From Xylographa opegraphella (taxonomy: Eukaryota): a stretch of DNA of 64,000 nucleotides. The DNA is taken from positions 62,001 to 126,000 of the forward strand of contig JALDZX010000049.1 in the NCBI GenBank assembly GCA_022813865.1. Reading direction: 5' to 3'. This document shows positions 60,146-64,000 of this stretch, piece by piece (the first letter of the stretch is position 1; every line of letters begins with the position of its first letter). The position numbers and the translations under genes are program-made. Below the pieces are notes generated by a model. It worked only from the letters and a program-made list of their open reading frames with translations, was not told where the DNA came from and made no database searches.

Positions 60146-63100
60146 ATGACAGAAAGCGAACCGGGTCTGGAAAAAGATGATTCCCCAAATGGCGAGCCCC
60201 CGTCAGCGTACGTCAGGGGTCGGCGGATATCTCTGAAAGCATATACCGTGTCCTCTGCCCCAGAGCAAGCGACTGAGGCCTCCAAGCCTGAGCTAGATGA
60301 TTTTGGATTGCCCGTACGGACCGTTTCTAGGGGTTCCAGACATAATTCCATCGCGGAAGCTCCGGTTCAGGAGGACGGAGAGGCTGAAGCAGAGACAGGA
60401 AGAGGCATACCCTCCATTTTCCGTCGGCGGTCAAGATTAAATCAGGGTAATGCGAGATCTCGGAGCTTGGCAACGGCTTCGGAGAATAATGAGCCAATTG
60501 GGGATAAAAACAAAGACGAGGAAGGAGATAGAGGGCGACTCGCGTTCTTTAGGAGAAGATCTACATCTGCACAGACACACGAGAGGTCTCAAAGTCTAGG
60601 GGAGTCACGGAGGGAAACATCTCTACCGCCTACGACCAAAGGGGTGGATTCTCAGCCAAATGGTGTGAACAGATCAAGGGAGCAATCGGGGGTCAGAGGA
60701 AGGTCAAGATCCAACACTCTTAATCAAATACCGGAACATGTGGCTCCCGTTGCAGTTGTCGGGGTTTCGGAATGGTCTCATCAGGCTCTTGCGCCGCGAG
60801 AGGTGGAGGTGCAGGAGAAGAAGGAAGACGAATGGCAGGATATGCCCGCATTAGGCAAATACGATCTTTATGACGACGAGGGGAATCTTGTCGCTCGGGG
60901 AACAGCCGACTCAGACAACGAGGAAGATGCTTATGAAGGTTTGGGTGGTGCAGGAAAGGGGTATACTAGGGTTCAGATAGACGACGATGCCAGATCAGCT
61001 ACTAGCATGGACGAAAATACAAGTTACTTGTTTAAGGAAAACGGAACAAATGTGGTCGACGAGGATGAGGAGCAAAGAAACCCAATGGCGCAGATGCAAG
61101 CTACGAAGGAAATGCTGACAGAAGGACAGCGGATAGCTTACGTGGGTGTGACGAGGCTGGCGATGGCGCAGATGGTGAGTGCGTTAGAGTCGATGCAGAC
61201 GACCAAGGTCCATGGAAAAGGTATCGGCCATGCTATCGAGTCGATGAAGAAGTGGAGTCAAAAGATGATGGTGAGACTGTTTGCCCATATGGAAATCGAC
61301 TCATCAGGTACGTCGGGTATGAAGCCTGATGGCCGTACATGCTGAACGAGCGTAGAACAGATCATGATTGAGCAGCTGGCCGAACACGGCGTTCAGCCTT
61401 CAGATCTGACCCCTGCATTGATGAAGAACGCGCGAGTCAAAAACCCGATGGCAGCGGATGAATCTGCCTCTCGACCGCCTGTCTCATCTCCGAATCTGAA
61501 CGGTCTTTCTGGACGTTCAACGCGTGCATCTTCGGTTTCCGCCCAAGACTCCCCGCCGCCTTACGAATTGCACCATAACGGCGAGCTTCCTGAAGTCCGT
61601 AGTCCTACAACGCTTGCTTCCTTCAAGAACATCGATATTGATGTACGCTGGACTGTACTCTGTGATCTTTTCCTAGTGCTGATAGCGGACTCCATTTATG
61701 ATGCACGTTCCAGAGTTCTTCTTGAGACTGTTGGAGCTGCTTTGGATATCACATGGCTGGACATATGCCGCTTCGAGAAGCGTGTTACTGATGCTCTGGA
61801 GATGCAGGAAGCAGCCGCAAGGGAAACATGGGATGAAGCAGAACACATGGAGAGTCGAAGGAAGCTGGCACTGAAACGGAAATACATGCTCATGGGGCTT
61901 GCAACTGTGGGGGGCAGTCTCGTTATTGGACTTTCTGCGGGACTACTGGCACCAGTCATCGGTGCTGGTCTGGCTGCAGGCTTCACGACTATCGGTGTAG
62001 CTGGCACCAGTGGCTTTCTTGCAGGTGCTGGAGGAACAGCGCTGATCACTACGGGTGCTGTATTATCGGGTGGTACTGTAGCTGTCAGGGCATCGAATCG
62101 AAGGATGGGTGCGGTCAAGACTTTTGAGTATCGCCCGTTGCACAACAACAAAAGAGTGAATCTCATTGTCACCGTCTCTGGATGGATGAATGGCAAGGTA
62201 GACGATGTGCGATTGCCGTTCAGTACAGTAGACCCCATCATGGGCGATATGTACTCGTTACTATGGGAGCCAGACATGCTACAGAGTATGGGGGATACGA
62301 TCAGGATCCTGGCGACTGAGGTATACTCCATCCCCATTCATTGCGTCACACCAGGCTCATGTTGCTCCAGGCTCTTACCCAAGGCTTACAACAGGTTCTT
62401 GCTAGCACGATACTGACAGCCTTGATGGCATCTTTGACACTGCCTATTGTCCTAACAAAGCTTTCTTACCTGATTGATAATCCTTGGGCTGTTTCTCTTG
62501 ACCGAGCAGATGCCGCAGGCCTGATTCTAGCTGATTCGTTAGTTGACCGGAATCTGGGAGTTCGTCCAATCACGCTCGTGGGGTTTTCTATTGGATCTCG
62601 AGTCATATTCTCGTGCTTGCGTGAGCTGGCAAACAAGGGTGCATATGGGCTGGTGCAGAATGTGTATCTTTTCGGATCACCCATAATAGCCAAGAAGGAG
62701 GATTACATACGAGCAAGGACGGTTGTCTCAGGCAGGTTTGTCAATGGGTTTGCATCGAATGACTGGATTTTGGGTATTTTACTGTCTTATATGTAGATAC
62801 TATTCGACATCAGCGCTGACATTTCTCAGGCTATTTATTTAGGGCCACAAGCGGTGGTATCTCTCGTATTGCTGGTCTTGCTTCAGTGGAAGGTATTCCA
62901 GGTGTCGAGAACTTCAACCTCACAGAATTCGTCAATGGCCATATGGCCTACCGTGCTGCGATCCCTCGTCTGTTGCGCGAAGTAGGCTGGGAAGTCGAAA
63001 GTGACGAATTCACAGAAATCGAGGATCCAGATCCAGATAACCACGGCGCTCGCCAGCGTGAACTCATTAAAGAAATCGAAGGTGCCCGGAAAGAGGCCGA

Positions 63101-63776
63101 AGCTAAGCCAGAGAAACGTAGGTTTGGGATCTTCAAACGTGGAAAACTTGCCGAGAAGAAGATCTGGGAGACATACGATGAGAAATCGAAACAAGATTCC
63201 GGAGCATCTGATGATCATGATGAGAAACGGCGCGACAGCCGCGTCCTATTCGATATCGACGCCATCCGTGCGGAGCTCGAAAGTGAGCATATGGAAGTAC
63301 GGCAGCTGGAATCTACGTTACCACCTATGAGGCTGGATCTCAATGGCTCCAGAGCTGCAACGGACAAGATCCCTCAAGCCCCATTCAGTACATTACGCGC
63401 AACGAAAAGCTATGACGGGACGGCGCTATCGGCTCACCAGCCAGTGGACAACGAAACATCTGATCTCAGCCATGAGGATGGCGTGCCGCAACACACCTTC
63501 GTGAATACTCCCGACTCCCCCAATACTTCACTGCAACCCGATTCTCAAGTCACGATGTCTTTTGAACCACAATCACCCCTTCCCTCCGCCGTTCTCGCAT
63601 GGCAGAGCCAATCGTTGGCAAGCCCTGACCACCCGGTCACGCCGCAGAGGCCGGAGCTCAGATCATCAGCCACCATGCCAGCGACCAGTAATGGGGCGCA
63701 TCTCACACACAATGCGTGGGCGGATGAGGATGAGGAGTTTGGGCAAGAGAAGGAGATACATATGAGTTTTGAGTAG
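60146..63776 (+). CDS. DUF726/TMCO4 family membrane protein (Mil1-like, lipase-like fold), 4 exons
   Basis: LTEGQRIAYVG, RWTVLCDLFL, YDARSR, Gly-rich TM segment, IDNPW, LVGFSIGSRVIF (GxSxG), RTVVSGRFVNG, GHMAY. Confidence 0.9.
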
Positions 63777-64000
63777 GCGAGAACAAGAGAAGGACGAGAC
63801 ATTCAATACAGGAGGTACGCTCCTCTGGTGGAATTCATGTGACCGAATTTAGCGGGGCGTTTTACATCTTTAGACCGGGTACGGTTGGCTTGTTGGAGCA
63901 TATTTGGGGGGGGATCATGGAGATGGCATGTGCGATGGCTTCCTTTTTGTAGAGGTGTCGATGAGGAATGGTGAAAGTCGTGAGGATGTTGGAGGATTAT

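Overview
Eukaryotic, intron-containing DNA from a filamentous ascomycete (Pezizomycotina, probably Eurotiomycetes; inferred from GT-AG introns with CTRAY branch points and from the protein families). About 27 protein-coding genes are supportable. Housekeeping blocks (exportin-T/LOS1, S-formylglutathione hydrolase, xylulokinase, MMT-like CDF transporter, SIRT4-like sirtuin, RPB6, TFIIIA, DUF1479, CMC2, prefoldin-2, HapC, RTC4-like, PWP1, DUF726) flank an ~18 kb accessory block (about 13.6-31.5 kb). That block lies between divergently oriented RPB6 and TFIIIA, which are immediate divergent neighbours in S. cerevisiae. It holds a Kex2-type secreted peptide precursor, an O-methyltransferase, an AsaB/CmcJ-like oxygenase, a Pth11-like receptor, a laccase, an SDR, a 2OG-Fe(II) dioxygenase and an FAD monooxygenase, but no PKS/NRPS/terpene backbone. 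Other signals: an unexplained, extensively base-paired candidate ncRNA at about 845-1060; GC-rich spots with a symmetric C-rich/G-rich skew switch; an in-frame ATG inside the long first hapC intron; a GC-AG intron; orphan proteins with internal repeats; several tandem repeats. No tRNA, rRNA, CRISPR or intact transposon was recognised. Exon boundaries were read by eye and are approximate unless stated.
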